Notes: generated by a model from the letters alone, not told the origin. A stretch of 32,000 nt of DNA from Rhodospirillaceae bacterium (GCA_965279655.1 OZ257255.1:2356909-2388908), one strand, 5' to 3'. Positions 9,740-18,907 are shown, counted from the stretch's first letter. A program made the numbers and translations.

Positions 9740-10318
9740 ATGGCCGACGAGAAGACATTGGAGCGCCGCAAGGCCACGACCGCGATCATCGCCGTAACGG
9801 TGGTCGCCGGCATGGTCGGGTTCGCGTTCGCGTCGGCGCCACTCTACCGAATGGTGTGTAAGACTTTAGGCATCGGCGGCACCACGCAGGTCGCTGCCCA
9901 AGCACCAAGCTCGATTTCGCAAGAGCCGGTGACGATACGGTTCGACTCCAATATCGACCCGCAGCTGCCGTGGGAGTTCAAGCCCGAGCAGAAGGCCGTC
10001 ACGGTGAAGTTCGGCGAGACCGCGACCGTCAAGTACCGCGCGAAGAACATTTCCGACCATACGATCGTGGGCACCGCTACCTTCAACGTCACACCGGAAA
10101 AGGTGGGGATTTACTTCAACAAGCTCGCCTGTTTCTGCTTCCAGGAAACCACCCTGAAGCCGGGCGAAGAAGTCGAACTACCGGTGACGTTCTTCGTCGA
10201 TCCCGATTTGCTGCAAGACGAATACGCCAACGAAGTGCGTACGCTGACACTGTCCTACACGTTCTTTCCGTCGCTCAATGCCGTCGCCAGCGCGCCGGCC
10301 ACGACGGTTTCCAAATAG
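9740..10318 (+). CDS. ctaG: Cytochrome c oxidase assembly protein CtaG/Cox11 (CuB chaperone)
   Basis: N-terminal TM, then PLYRMVCKTLGIGGT and the copper-binding CFCF motif (LACFCFQE). Confidence 0.9.
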   Translation: MADEKTLERRKATTAIIAVTVVAGMVGFAFASAPLYRMVCKTLGIGGTTQVAAQAPSSISQEPVTIRFDSNIDPQLPWEFKPEQKAVTVKFGETATVKYRAKNISDHTIVGTATFNVTPEKVGIYFNKLACFCFQETTLKPGEEVELPVTFFVDPDLLQDEYANEVRTLTLSYTFFPSLNAVASAPATTVSK

Positions 10319-10342
10319 CCAAAGCATAGAGGACCTCATTCC

Positions 10343-11182
10343 ATGAGCGCCCACGCCAAACATCCCTATCACATGGTCAATCCGAGCCCGTGGCCCGCGC
10401 TGGGCTCGTTAGCGGGTCTCGTCACCGCCGTGGGCGCGGTGATGTACATGCACAAGCAGCCGATCCTCGGCATCACAGGCGTCGCGACGATCCTGCCGGG
10501 CCTGTCCCTGCTGGTCCTCACCATGATCTTGTGGTGGCGCGATGTGATCAAAGAGTCGGTGAAGGATCACGCGCACACCCACGAAGTGGCCCATGGCCTG
10601 CGCATGGGCATGGTGTTGTTCATCGCCTCGGAAGTGATGTTCTTCTTCGCCTTCTTCTGGGCGTTCTTCCACAACGCGCTGGGCTTCTCGACCGCCACCC
10701 TGCAGTGGCCGCCCGAGGGCATCGCCGTTCTGAATGCCTGGGACATCCCCTTCGTCAACACGGTGATCCTGCTCACCTCCGGCGGCACGGTCACCCGCGC
10801 GCACATCTACGTCGAGGAAGGCAACAACAAGCTCGCCGCTCGCTGGCTTTTCATCACAGCCGCCTTGGGCGCGATCTTCCTGAGCGCGCAGGTGTACGAA
10901 TACGTCCACGCCACCTACAAGCTGTCGGACGGCATCTATCCGTCGACCTTCTATCTGGCGACCGGCTTCCACGGCTTCCACGTGTTCGTCGGCACGGTGT
11001 TCCTGACCGTCTGCGGCTTCCGCGCGGCGAAGGGCCACTTCACAGCGCACAAGCACATCGGCTTCCAGGCAGCCGCCTGGTACTGGCACTTCGTCGACGT
11101 GGTGTGGCTGTTCCTGTTCGTCTGGGTCTACTGGATCCTGGGCCTGCCGATCCGTCATTTCGCGCCAGCCGTCGGCGGCTGA
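10343..11182 (+). CDS. ctaE: Cytochrome c oxidase subunit III
   Basis: HPYHMVNPSPWP N-terminus, 7 TM, and FHGFHV and WYWHFVDVVWLFLF motifs. Confidence 0.95.
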   Translation: MSAHAKHPYHMVNPSPWPALGSLAGLVTAVGAVMYMHKQPILGITGVATILPGLSLLVLTMILWWRDVIKESVKDHAHTHEVAHGLRMGMVLFIASEVMFFFAFFWAFFHNALGFSTATLQWPPEGIAVLNAWDIPFVNTVILLTSGGTVTRAHIYVEEGNNKLAARWLFITAALGAIFLSAQVYEYVHATYKLSDGIYPSTFYLATGFHGFHVFVGTVFLTVCGFRAAKGHFTAHKHIGFQAAAWYWHFVDVVWLFLFVWVYWILGLPIRHFAPAVGG

Positions 11183-11190
11183 TCAACAAA

Positions 11191-11221
11191 GGGCCGGGGG
11201 AAACCCCGGCCCTTCTGCTTT
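11191..11221 (+). terminator. Hairpin with GAAA tetraloop and T-rich tail after ctaE (possible partial terminator)
   Basis: GGGCCGGGG-GAAA-CCCCGGCCC is a perfect 9-bp stem followed by TTCTGCTTT. The DUF983 gene starts only 16 nt later, so termination is probably incomplete. Confidence 0.5.
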
Positions 11222-11236
11222 GTGGGATATGCCAAC

Positions 11237-11602
11237 ATGACCAAACCCGCCGCCCCGTTGATCTCCACCGCTCTGCGGGGCCGCTGCCCTCGCTGCGGCG
11301 AAGGCTCACTGTTCGAGGGCTATATCAAGGTCGCGCCCAAGTGCCCGGTGTGCGGTCTGGGTTTCGGCAACAACGACACGGGCGACGGGCCGGCCTTCTT
11401 CGTGATGATGCCCCTGTGCATCCTGGTGGCTGTCAGCGCCCTGGTATTCGACCAAATGGTCGCGCCGCCGATGTGGGTGCACCTGCTGGTATGGCCGACC
11501 TTCATCGCGCTGGCGGTCGGTTTCTCACTACGGCCCGTGAAGGCGATCATGGTCGGGCTGCAGTACCGCTATCGCGACGTGGAGCGGCAAACCCCAGAGT
11601 AG
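11237..11602 (+). CDS. DUF983 domain membrane protein (copy 2)
   Basis: CPRCGEGSLF...CPVCGLGF zinc-ribbon-like pair followed by two hydrophobic spans. ATG 11237 is preferred over GTG 11222. Confidence 0.8.
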   Translation: MTKPAAPLISTALRGRCPRCGEGSLFEGYIKVAPKCPVCGLGFGNNDTGDGPAFFVMMPLCILVAVSALVFDQMVAPPMWVHLLVWPTFIALAVGFSLRPVKAIMVGLQYRYRDVERQTPE

Positions 11603-11616
11603 CGGGAGCTAGCCGT

Positions 11617-11862
11617 TCAGGCCCCGCGGCGAATTGAGAATCGAACATCTTTCTTGTCGTCGACCGTGTCCAGCACCTGATGCCCATGCGCCGCGCAGAA
11701 TGCCGGCACATCCCGCAACGCCACCCGGTCCGTCGCCAGCAGATGTACGACCGTGCCCGGCGCGAGGTCCGTCAATGCCTTGCGCAGTTTGAGCACCGGT
11801 AGCGGACAGGCCAATCCGCGCGCGTCGATCGCCGGGACGTCGGTCTCGTGATTGTTTGCCAT
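11617..11862 (-). CDS. TusA/SirA-family sulfur carrier protein
   Basis: About 80 aa, with the diagnostic DARGLACPLPVLKLRKAL (CPxP) motif. An alternative start lies at 11871. Confidence 0.8.
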   Translation of the reverse strand: MANNHETDVPAIDARGLACPLPVLKLRKALTDLAPGTVVHLLATDRVALRDVPAFCAAHGHQVLDTVDDKKDVRFSIRRGA

Positions 11863-11906
11863 GCCGGACATATATAACGTGGCGCATCAACCTGTGGGAA
11901 TTCTAC

Positions 11907-12890
11907 GTGAACACTGTCCTCGGGTTCGCCCTGGCCGGCCTCGCCCTCGGTGCCGCGATCGGCGCCATCGCGCAGGTGACGGCCTTCTGCTCCGTGGGCG
12001 CCGTGGCGGACATCGTGCTCGCCAAGGATTGGCGGCGCATGCGCAGCTGGCTGATGGCCGCCGGCGTGGCCCTGATCGGAACCCAAGCCTTGAGCGCCCT
12101 CGGTTGGGCAGACCTGACCGGAACGCCCTATGGCCTTCCCATGGGAACCTGGCCCTTTGTTCTGCTCGGCAGCATCGCCTTCGGCTACGGCATGGCGCTC
12201 GCTGGCGGCTGCGTGCAGCGGGCCCTGGTGCGGGTCGGCAGCGGCTCGGTGAAGTCCGCCGCCACGCTGTTCCTGGTCGCGATCACCGCCGCGGCAACGC
12301 TTGTGGTGGCGCCACGCGCGGTGCCGGTGTCGGTCACCCTGCCCCATGCCATGGCGCTGGCGATCAGCCTTGGCCTCGGCGGCGCGCTGATCGTGTTCGC
12401 CGTGGCGGACCCATGGTTCCGGAAATCGCCTGAACACCTGTGGGGCGGCGCCGCCATCGGCGCGGCCATTGCGCTGGCCTGGGTGTTCGCCGACGGCCAC
12501 CGGGGGTTCAATCTACTCATGGACCTTGGCGCGGCGAGCGCCATCCCCCTGGGTTTGTCCGAGCCGTTGCCGGTGTTCGGCCTCGCGGCTCTGGGCGGGA
12601 TGGTGATCGGCGCGGCGATCAGCGCCGCCGTGCGCGGCGACCTCTCCCGTGATCGCTTCGTCGACGGCGAGGACGTTAAACGCCACGTCATCGGCGGCGT
12701 CCTGATGGGGCTCGGCGGCGCGCTCGCCTACGGCTGTACTTTCGGCCAGGGGCTGGCGGGCCTCTCGACCCTGTCCATGAGCTCGGTGATCGCCATCGCG
12801 GGCATGGGGATCGGCTGCCTCTGGGGCATCCGGGTGCTGGAAGCCGGCACCGCCTGGGGCGGCCTCAAGCTGATGTTTGGAACTCGCTAG
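11907..12890 (+). CDS. YeeE/YedE family inner-membrane sulfur compound (thiosulfate-type) transporter
   Basis: Polytopic protein with three Cys-containing motifs spaced as in YeeE (AFCSVGA, LAGGCVQRA, LAYGCTFGQG). GTG 11907 is chosen because ATG 11856 would overlap the divergent tusA-like start. Confidence 0.75.
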   Translation: MNTVLGFALAGLALGAAIGAIAQVTAFCSVGAVADIVLAKDWRRMRSWLMAAGVALIGTQALSALGWADLTGTPYGLPMGTWPFVLLGSIAFGYGMALAGGCVQRALVRVGSGSVKSAATLFLVAITAAATLVVAPRAVPVSVTLPHAMALAISLGLGGALIVFAVADPWFRKSPEHLWGGAAIGAAIALAWVFADGHRGFNLLMDLGAASAIPLGLSEPLPVFGLAALGGMVIGAAISAAVRGDLSRDRFVDGEDVKRHVIGGVLMGLGGALAYGCTFGQGLAGLSTLSMSSVIAIAGMGIGCLWGIRVLEAGTAWGGLKLMFGTR

Positions 12891-13330
12891 AGCTTCCCGA
12901 TCATGGTCAGCACGTTGCCCGCCGTGTCGCGGAAATGGGCAGCCCCACCCCCGGCGGCCTGGGGCTGCGGTGGCGCGAGGAACGTGACACCCATGGCGGA
13001 CAGACGACCGTAGGTCGCGGCCAGATCAGCCACCACGAAACTGAGGCCCGTGAAGCGGCCGACCATGTCCGCATGCGCCGGGTGCCCATGCGGCAGGCCC
13101 TCGACCGTGAGCTGCGCCACGCCGGTGTCGAACACGGCGGCGTTGCCCGCCTGCTTGAGGAGCGTCAGCCCGATCAGGTCCCGATAGAACAGCACCGCCT
13201 GTTCGAGATCGCCGCAATAGATGCGGGCCGCCTGAAGCCGCAAGGGCGGCGCGGGATGATGGTGGTGATGCCCATGGGCGTGGTCATGGTCGTGCCCGTG
13301 GTCATGCTCGTGATCGTCGTGCGGTGCCAT
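12887..13330 (-). CDS. VOC (glyoxalase/bleomycin-resistance/dioxygenase fold) protein with a His/Asp-rich N-terminal tail
   Basis: The core IYCGDLEQAVLFYRDLIGLTL...VVADLAATYGRLSAMGVTFL...FRDTAGNVL is VOC-like. The first ~25 residues are MAPHDDHEHDHGHDHDHAHGHHHHH. Its stop overlaps the yeeE stop in a shared CTAG. Confidence 0.7.
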   Translation of the reverse strand: MAPHDDHEHDHGHDHDHAHGHHHHHPAPPLRLQAARIYCGDLEQAVLFYRDLIGLTLLKQAGNAAVFDTGVAQLTVEGLPHGHPAHADMVGRFTGLSFVVADLAATYGRLSAMGVTFLAPPQPQAAGGGAAHFRDTAGNVLTMIGKL

Positions 13331-13413
13331 GCCCGGAGTGTGCCGGGCTGATTTGCAGGGGACAAGGGTTCCGGCCTAATCTTCTCGCCACGCAATCACA
13401 TGAGGACGTCGCG

Positions 13414-13749
13414 ATGCCGATGCCGCCGGAACAGGTGTTTTACGTCTCCCCGGAGCAGATCAACGCCTGGCGCGATGAGGACAACGCGGTCATCGTGGAC
13501 GTACGGGAAGACAACGAGTGGGCCGACTCCCACATCCCCGGCGCGATCTTGATGCCGCTGTCCACCTTCGATCCGGCCAAGATCCCCAATCCCGGCGGCA
13601 AGCACCTGGTCTTTCACTGCCGGAGCGGCCGGCGCTGCGGCATGGCCGCGGAGAAGGCCGTCGATGCGGGCTACAAAGGCGTCATTGAACGCATGGAAGG
13701 CGGCTTCCTCGCCTGGCAGGCCGCCGGCTACGACCAGGAACCCGGCTAG
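13414..13749 (+). CDS. Single-domain rhodanese (sulfurtransferase)
   Basis: ATG 13414 has a GAGGA SD. The motifs VIVDVREDNEWADSHIPGA and the active-site loop HCRSGRRC are present. The upstream part of track ORF 13324..13749 is rejected. Confidence 0.85.
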   Translation: MPMPPEQVFYVSPEQINAWRDEDNAVIVDVREDNEWADSHIPGAILMPLSTFDPAKIPNPGGKHLVFHCRSGRRCGMAAEKAVDAGYKGVIERMEGGFLAWQAAGYDQEPG

Positions 13750-13758
13750 AGGGCTCAT

Positions 13759-14265
13759 ATGGCGCCAGCGGAAACCGAGGCTGGGATCGGTCGCGAGGAA
13801 AAGCGGGTCTTCCTGCTGGTTGTCGACGAGACCGAGGAACTGGGTTCCGCCATCCGCTACGCCTGCAATCGTGCCCGCAGCACCGGTGGCCGGCTCGCCC
13901 TGCTTTACGTCTATCAGCTCGACACCGAGTTCCAGCACTTCAGCTCGGTTGGACGTCTGATGGAAAAAGAGGCCGAGGCCGAAGGCGAAGCCATCCTCAA
14001 ACGTCATGCCCTGGATATCGCCCGGGAATCGGGGCGCGTGCCCGACATGTTCGTCCGTCGCGGCGCGCGGCGAGATGAACTGTTCAAGTTGGTCAAAGAC
14101 CATCCGGAGATGTCGATTCTCGTCCTGGCCGCCGCACCGGGCGCCAAGCCCGGCCCACTGGTCGAGGCCGTGACAGGAAAATTTGCCGGCAAGATCGGAA
14201 TTCCCGTCACCGTCGTACCTGGCGACTTGACGCCACCCGAGATTGACCGTTTGACTGCGGTGTGA
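13759..14265 (+). CDS. Universal stress protein (UspA family)
   Basis: VFLLVVDETEELGSAIRYA...RLALLYV and a C-terminal ...ILVLAA...G...KIGIPVTVVP pattern typical of the USP alpha/beta fold. Confidence 0.75.
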   Translation: MAPAETEAGIGREEKRVFLLVVDETEELGSAIRYACNRARSTGGRLALLYVYQLDTEFQHFSSVGRLMEKEAEAEGEAILKRHALDIARESGRVPDMFVRRGARRDELFKLVKDHPEMSILVLAAAPGAKPGPLVEAVTGKFAGKIGIPVTVVPGDLTPPEIDRLTAV

Positions 14266-14338
14266 CCGCAGGGACCAACCTCGTCGCAATCCCGTCGAAG
14301 ACCCCGCGCAGCTTTGCCTGCGGTCGGAGGCGCGCGCC

Positions 14339-17188
14339 ATGACCTTCGAGGATCCACACGAGCCGGACGGCGTGGACACATCACCCGTCGTCGCGGACGA
14401 GGTGAAGACCACAACCTGCTACATGTGCGCCTGCCGCTGCGGCATCCGCGTCTTCGTCAAAGACGGCAAGATTCGCTACATCCAGGGCAACCGGGATCAC
14501 CCGGTGAACAAGGGCGTGCTGTGCGGCAAGGGAGCGGCCGGCATCATGCAGCACAACTCCCCCGCCCGCTTGCGCAAGCCCCTCAAGCGCGTTGGCGAAC
14601 GCGGCCGCGGTGAATTCGTCGAGATCGAATGGGACGAGGCGCTCAAGATCGCTACCGATTGGCTGGGGCACATCCGCCGCACGGACCCCAAGAAACTCGC
14701 CTTCTTCACCGGCCGCGACCAAAGCCAGTCCCTGACGGGCTGGTGGGCGGCCATGTTCGGAACGCCCAACTACGCGGCCCATGGCGGGTTCTGTTCGGTC
14801 AACATGGCCGCGGCGGGCCTCTACACCATCGGCGGTTCGTTCTGGGAATTCGGCGAGCCGGATTGGGAACACACCAAGTACTTCATGATGTTCGGCGTCG
14901 CCGAGGACCATGATTCCAATCCGATCAAGATCGGGCTCGGCAAGCTCAAGGGCCGCGGGGCGAAGTTCATCTCGGTCAATCCCGCCAAGACCGGCTATTC
15001 GGCCATCGCCGACGAGTGGATCGGTATCCGCCCCGGCACGGACGGCCTGTTCGTGATGGCACTGATCCATGAGCTGCTGCGCGCCGGGCAGGTCGATCTC
15101 GAATATCTCGTGCGCTACACCAATGCGCCGTGGTTGGTGATACAGACGCCGGACACGGCGGATGACGGATTGATTGCGCGCGATGGCACCGGCGCGCCGC
15201 TGTGCTGGGATCGCACAAGCAACACGGCTGCGTCCGCCTTGCGCGCGGACGTCACGCCGATGATGCATGGCAGTTTCACTGTCGATGGCAAGACCTGCGT
15301 GCCCGCGTTCCAACTGCTGGCGGATCGCTACGCCGACACAAAGTATGCACCCGACGCCATCGCCGAGACCTGCGGCATCCCCGCCGCCACCATCAAGCGC
15401 ATCGCGGCGGAACTGGCCCACGTCGCATTCAAAGAGACCATTGAGATCCCGGTGCCCTGGACCGATTGGGCGGGCCGCCGCCACGAGAGCATGATCGGCC
15501 GGCCCGTGGCGATGCATGCCATGCGCGGCATCTCCGCTCACTCCAACGGGTTCCACACCTGCCGCGCCTTGCACGTGTTGCAGATGCTGCTGGGCAGCGT
15601 CGATGTGCCGGGCGGCTTCCGCTACAAGCCGCCGTTTCCCAAGCCGGTGCCGCCGGGCCCGAAGCCCGCCGGAAAGGCGGGCGCGAAACCGGACACGCCC
15701 ATGCCGGGCCTGCCGCTCGGGTTCGTGACATCGCCGGACGATCTGCTGCTCGATCCGGAAGGCCGCGCGATCCGCATCGACAAGGCCTACACCTGGGACT
15801 TCCCCATGGCGGCACACGGCGCCCTGCACATGGTGTTGCAGAACGCCGCCGCCGGCGATCCCTACCGTATAGACACCTTGTTCCTCTATATGGCGAACCT
15901 CGCCTGGAATTCGTCGATGAGCGCGACGGCGGCAATCGAAGCGCTGACAGCCAAGGACGCAGACGGAGCCTACAAGATTCCGCATTTCATCTATGTCGAC
16001 GCCTACGCCTCCGAGACCGTGGCCTATGCGGATCTGGTATTGCCGGACACGACCTATCTCGAACGTTGGGACTGCATCTCGCTGCTGGATCGCCCGATCT
16101 CCGATGCGGACGGCGCGTGCGACGCCATACGCCAGCCGGTCGTGGAGCCCGATCGCGATGTGCGCGCTTTCCAGTCCGTGTTGCTCGACCTCGGCGCGCG
16201 GCTGCGCCTTCCCGGCATGATCACCTATGACGGACGGCCCGCGTATCCCGGCGGCTTCGCGGACTACATGGTCAATCACCAGCGCGCGCAAGGGCTCGGC
16301 CCTCTCGCCGGATGGCGCGGCTATGAAGGCGGAGAAGCAGGACGCGGCGCGCCGAACGCTTGGCAACTCGAAAGCTACATCGCGAACGGCTGCTTCTGGC
16401 GCGGCGAAATCCCCGCCGGCGCGCGCTATTTCAAGATGGCCAATGCCGGCTATCTCACCTGGGCGACCCATATGGGATTCATCGCCGGCCCCGAACAGAT
16501 CGTGCTGCAACTCTACAGCGAACCCATGCAGCGCTTCCGCAATGCGGCGCGCGGCCATGGCGCGATGCAGCCGCCGGAAAGCCATCGCGCACGCGTCGAG
16601 GCGGCGTTCGATCCTCTGCCGGTGTGGTATCCACCTTTCGAGGAAGCGGCGATCGATCGCGATGAATTTCCGCTCCATGCGCTGACCCAACGGCCCATGC
16701 AGCACTATCATTCATGGGGATCGCAGAACGCGTGGCTGCGCCAGATCACAGCCGCCAACCGCCTGTTCGTGCATCGCGCGACAGCGGCGAAACTCGGCAT
16801 CGCCGATGACGATTGGGTCTGGGTGATCAGCAGCGCCGGTCGCGTCAAAGGCCAGGTGCGGTTGGTGGAAGGTGTGAACCCGGACACGGTCTGGACGTGG
16901 AACGCTATCGGTAAGCGCAAAGGCGCCTGGGCGCTGAAGCCCGATGCGCCGGAGGCGAACGAGGGCTTCCTGCTCAATCATGCGATTTCCGAATGGCTGC
17001 CGGGCGGCGATCGCCGCCCGAACTGCGACCCGGTGACCGGCCAGGCTGCATGGTTCGATCTGCGCGTGCGCATCGAAAAAGCCGAGGCCGGTGCCTGGCC
17101 GCAGTTCGACGCCGCCGCATCGCCGCCCGGCATTGCGCCGGGGCCGGAAGTGCTGCGTTACGGCGCGGACTTCAAGGTGCGGCCATGA
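14339..17188 (+). CDS. soeA: Mo-bisPGD oxidoreductase catalytic subunit without a Tat signal; SoeA-like (sulfite dehydrogenase, quinone)
   Basis: 949 aa. N-terminal FS0 motif C-x2-C-x3-C-x27-C (CYMCACRCG...VLCGKG). No twin-arginine leader (MTFEDPHEPDGVDTSP...). It is followed by overlapping FeS and NrfD-type genes. The CDS is certain; the soeA name is an inference from architecture and sulfur-gene context. Confidence 0.7.
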   Translation: MTFEDPHEPDGVDTSPVVADEVKTTTCYMCACRCGIRVFVKDGKIRYIQGNRDHPVNKGVLCGKGAAGIMQHNSPARLRKPLKRVGERGRGEFVEIEWDEALKIATDWLGHIRRTDPKKLAFFTGRDQSQSLTGWWAAMFGTPNYAAHGGFCSVNMAAAGLYTIGGSFWEFGEPDWEHTKYFMMFGVAEDHDSNPIKIGLGKLKGRGAKFISVNPAKTGYSAIADEWIGIRPGTDGLFVMALIHELLRAGQVDLEYLVRYTNAPWLVIQTPDTADDGLIARDGTGAPLCWDRTSNTAASALRADVTPMMHGSFTVDGKTCVPAFQLLADRYADTKYAPDAIAETCGIPAATIKRIAAELAHVAFKETIEIPVPWTDWAGRRHESMIGRPVAMHAMRGISAHSNGFHTCRALHVLQMLLGSVDVPGGFRYKPPFPKPVPPGPKPAGKAGAKPDTPMPGLPLGFVTSPDDLLLDPEGRAIRIDKAYTWDFPMAAHGALHMVLQNAAAGDPYRIDTLFLYMANLAWNSSMSATAAIEALTAKDADGAYKIPHFIYVDAYASETVAYADLVLPDTTYLERWDCISLLDRPISDADGACDAIRQPVVEPDRDVRAFQSVLLDLGARLRLPGMITYDGRPAYPGGFADYMVNHQRAQGLGPLAGWRGYEGGEAGRGAPNAWQLESYIANGCFWRGEIPAGARYFKMANAGYLTWATHMGFIAGPEQIVLQLYSEPMQRFRNAARGHGAMQPPESHRARVEAAFDPLPVWYPPFEEAAIDRDEFPLHALTQRPMQHYHSWGSQNAWLRQITAANRLFVHRATAAKLGIADDDWVWVISSAGRVKGQVRLVEGVNPDTVWTWNAIGKRKGAWALKPDAPEANEGFLLNHAISEWLPGGDRRPNCDPVTGQAAWFDLRVRIEKAEAGAWPQFDAAASPPGIAPGPEVLRYGADFKVRP

Positions 17189-17919
17189 CCAGCCTGCCAG
17201 AGAAGACCGATAAGAAGCTCGGCCTCGTCATCGATCTCGATACCTGCGTCGGCTGTCACGCCTGCGTCACCAACTGTAAGGAATGGAACACCGGCGGACA
17301 CATGGCGCCCCTGACCGACCTCAATGCCTACGGCAAGGGCGCGGACGGCGTGTGGTTCAACCGCGTGCATACATACGAGGTGGATGACTCGCCGGGTTGC
17401 AGCCGCACGGTGCATTTCCCGAAGTCGTGCCTGCACTGCGAGACGCCGGCCTGCGTGACCGTGTGCCCCACCGGAGCATCTTACAAACGGACGTCCGATG
17501 GCATCGTGCTCGTAAACGAGGACCTGTGCATCGGCTGCAAGCTGTGTTCCTGGGCCTGCCCCTACGGCGCGCGCGAGTTCGACGTGTTCGAGGGCGTGAT
17601 GAAGAAATGCACGCTCTGCGTCGACCGCATCTACAACACGAACCTCGATGAAGCCGACCGGGCGCCGGCCTGTGTGCTGACCTGCCCCACTGGCGCGCGG
17701 CACTTCGGCGATCTCGGCGATCCGACCTCGGATGTATCGCAGCTGGTCGCCGCGCGCGGCGGCGTCGATCTGATGCCCGAGCTTGGCTACAAGCCGGTGA
17801 ACAAATACCTCCCGCCCCGCCCGCGCAAAACCGCGGCGGCCGACGTGGGCGCGCCGGCGGAATTGATCTCCGCGCCGGGCGGATTCCTCGGCTGGGTCGA
17901 TCGGTTGTTGTCGCGCTAA
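17185..17919 (+). CDS. soeB: 4Fe-4S ferredoxin-type electron-transfer subunit; SoeB-like
   Basis: ATG 17185 overlaps the soeA stop (ATGA). Product MTSLPEKTDKKLGLVIDLDTCVGCHACVTNCKEWN plus further Cys clusters (CLHCETPACVTVCP, CIGCKLCSWACP, CTLCVDR...CVLTCP). The track ORF start at 16993 is rejected. Confidence 0.8.
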   Translation: MTSLPEKTDKKLGLVIDLDTCVGCHACVTNCKEWNTGGHMAPLTDLNAYGKGADGVWFNRVHTYEVDDSPGCSRTVHFPKSCLHCETPACVTVCPTGASYKRTSDGIVLVNEDLCIGCKLCSWACPYGAREFDVFEGVMKKCTLCVDRIYNTNLDEADRAPACVLTCPTGARHFGDLGDPTSDVSQLVAARGGVDLMPELGYKPVNKYLPPRPRKTAAADVGAPAELISAPGGFLGWVDRLLSR

Positions 17920-18851
17920 TGCATCCCGCCGCGTCGATCATCTTCTTCACCACCGCCTCCGGGCTTGGCTACGGCCTGATGGCCTGGGTGGGGGTTCTGA
18001 CCGCGTTCGAACAGATGCCGCTGCATCGTGGTCTGGGCGTCGGCGTGATGGGCACAGCGCTCGTGCTCGTGTCTGCGGGCTTGCTGAGTTCCCTGCTCCA
18101 CCTTGGCCGGCCCGAGCGCGCTTGGCGCGCGCTGAGTCAATGGCGCTCCAGCTGGCTCTCGCGTGAGGGGGTGATGGCCATCCTCACCTTTGTCCCCGCG
18201 ACCGCTTTCGCCGCCGCGTGGATCTTGCTCGAACGCTTCTCGCGCAGCGCCAGCCTGCTCATGGCGATCTGCGCGCTCGTCACCGTGTACTGCACGGCGA
18301 TGATCTATCGCAGCCTGACGCCGATCAAACAGTGGAGCAATGAGACAACGGTACCGGTGTACATGGCGCTCGCGCTCATGACGGGCGCGACATGGCTCCA
18401 CGCCTTCATGTTGGCCTTCGGCGCGGGATCGGCGCGCACCGTGCTTCTCACCGGCGCGATTGCCGTGCTCAGTATCCCTGCCGGCTACACCCTGAAACGC
18501 CGCGCATGGAATTATGACCCGAGCCCTGCGACGACGATCCAAAGCGCCACGGGCCTCGGCGGCACGGACATCCGTTCCGTCGAATGGCCGCACACAGAAG
18601 AGAACTTCCTGCTGAAGGAAATGGGCTATCGCGTCGCCCGCAAGCATGCGGAGCGCCTGCGCCAAATCGCCACGGGCGCTGGTTTCGTCGCCCCGCTCCT
18701 CCTCCTGGTGTCGACCGCTGGCCGGCAGGATTGGATCGCCATCGCCGCCGCAATCCTCGCCGCCCTCGTAATGGCCGCCGGAATTACTGTCGAACGCTGG
18801 CTGTTCTTCGCAGAAGCGAAACATACAGTGGCGCTGTACTACGGGCGCTAG
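17919..18851 (+). CDS. soeC: NrfD/DmsC-type polytopic membrane anchor; SoeC-like
   Basis: TAATG overlap with soeB. About 8 hydrophobic spans and 310 aa, in the position and size expected for the quinone-interacting anchor. Confidence 0.7.
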   Translation: MHPAASIIFFTTASGLGYGLMAWVGVLTAFEQMPLHRGLGVGVMGTALVLVSAGLLSSLLHLGRPERAWRALSQWRSSWLSREGVMAILTFVPATAFAAAWILLERFSRSASLLMAICALVTVYCTAMIYRSLTPIKQWSNETTVPVYMALALMTGATWLHAFMLAFGAGSARTVLLTGAIAVLSIPAGYTLKRRAWNYDPSPATTIQSATGLGGTDIRSVEWPHTEENFLLKEMGYRVARKHAERLRQIATGAGFVAPLLLLVSTAGRQDWIAIAAAILAALVMAAGITVERWLFFAEAKHTVALYYGR

Positions 18852-18907
18852 CCGGATTTCCGGATTTCCGATACCCTTCCGGACATTGCGGTCTTGAGGG
18901 GGTTCGC

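Noticed and set aside
13256-13330. Repetitive CAC/CAT/GAC-rich DNA that could be mistaken for a tandem repeat or array
   Set aside because: It is in frame within the VOC gene and encodes the His/Asp-rich tail. It has no spacer-repeat organisation.
14339-14440. A Tat signal peptide or selenocysteine (in-frame TGA) in the molybdoenzyme
   Set aside because: There is no RRxFLK-like motif before the first Cys cluster, and the ORF is uninterrupted, so neither feature is present.
14381-16711. 776-aa minus-strand ORF, plus similar long ORFs at 8615..9706 (-), 13396..14412 (-), 3809..5152 (+), 26134..27474 (+), 22405..23490 (+), 17916..19010 (-), 10390..11637 (+) and 7223..7918 (-)
   Set aside because: Each lies antisense to, or out of frame within, a gene with strong family motifs (soeA, ctaD, ctaB, the kinase and others). 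Their products are Arg/Ala/Gly/Pro-rich with no motifs. Stop-poor alternative frames are expected at this GC content.
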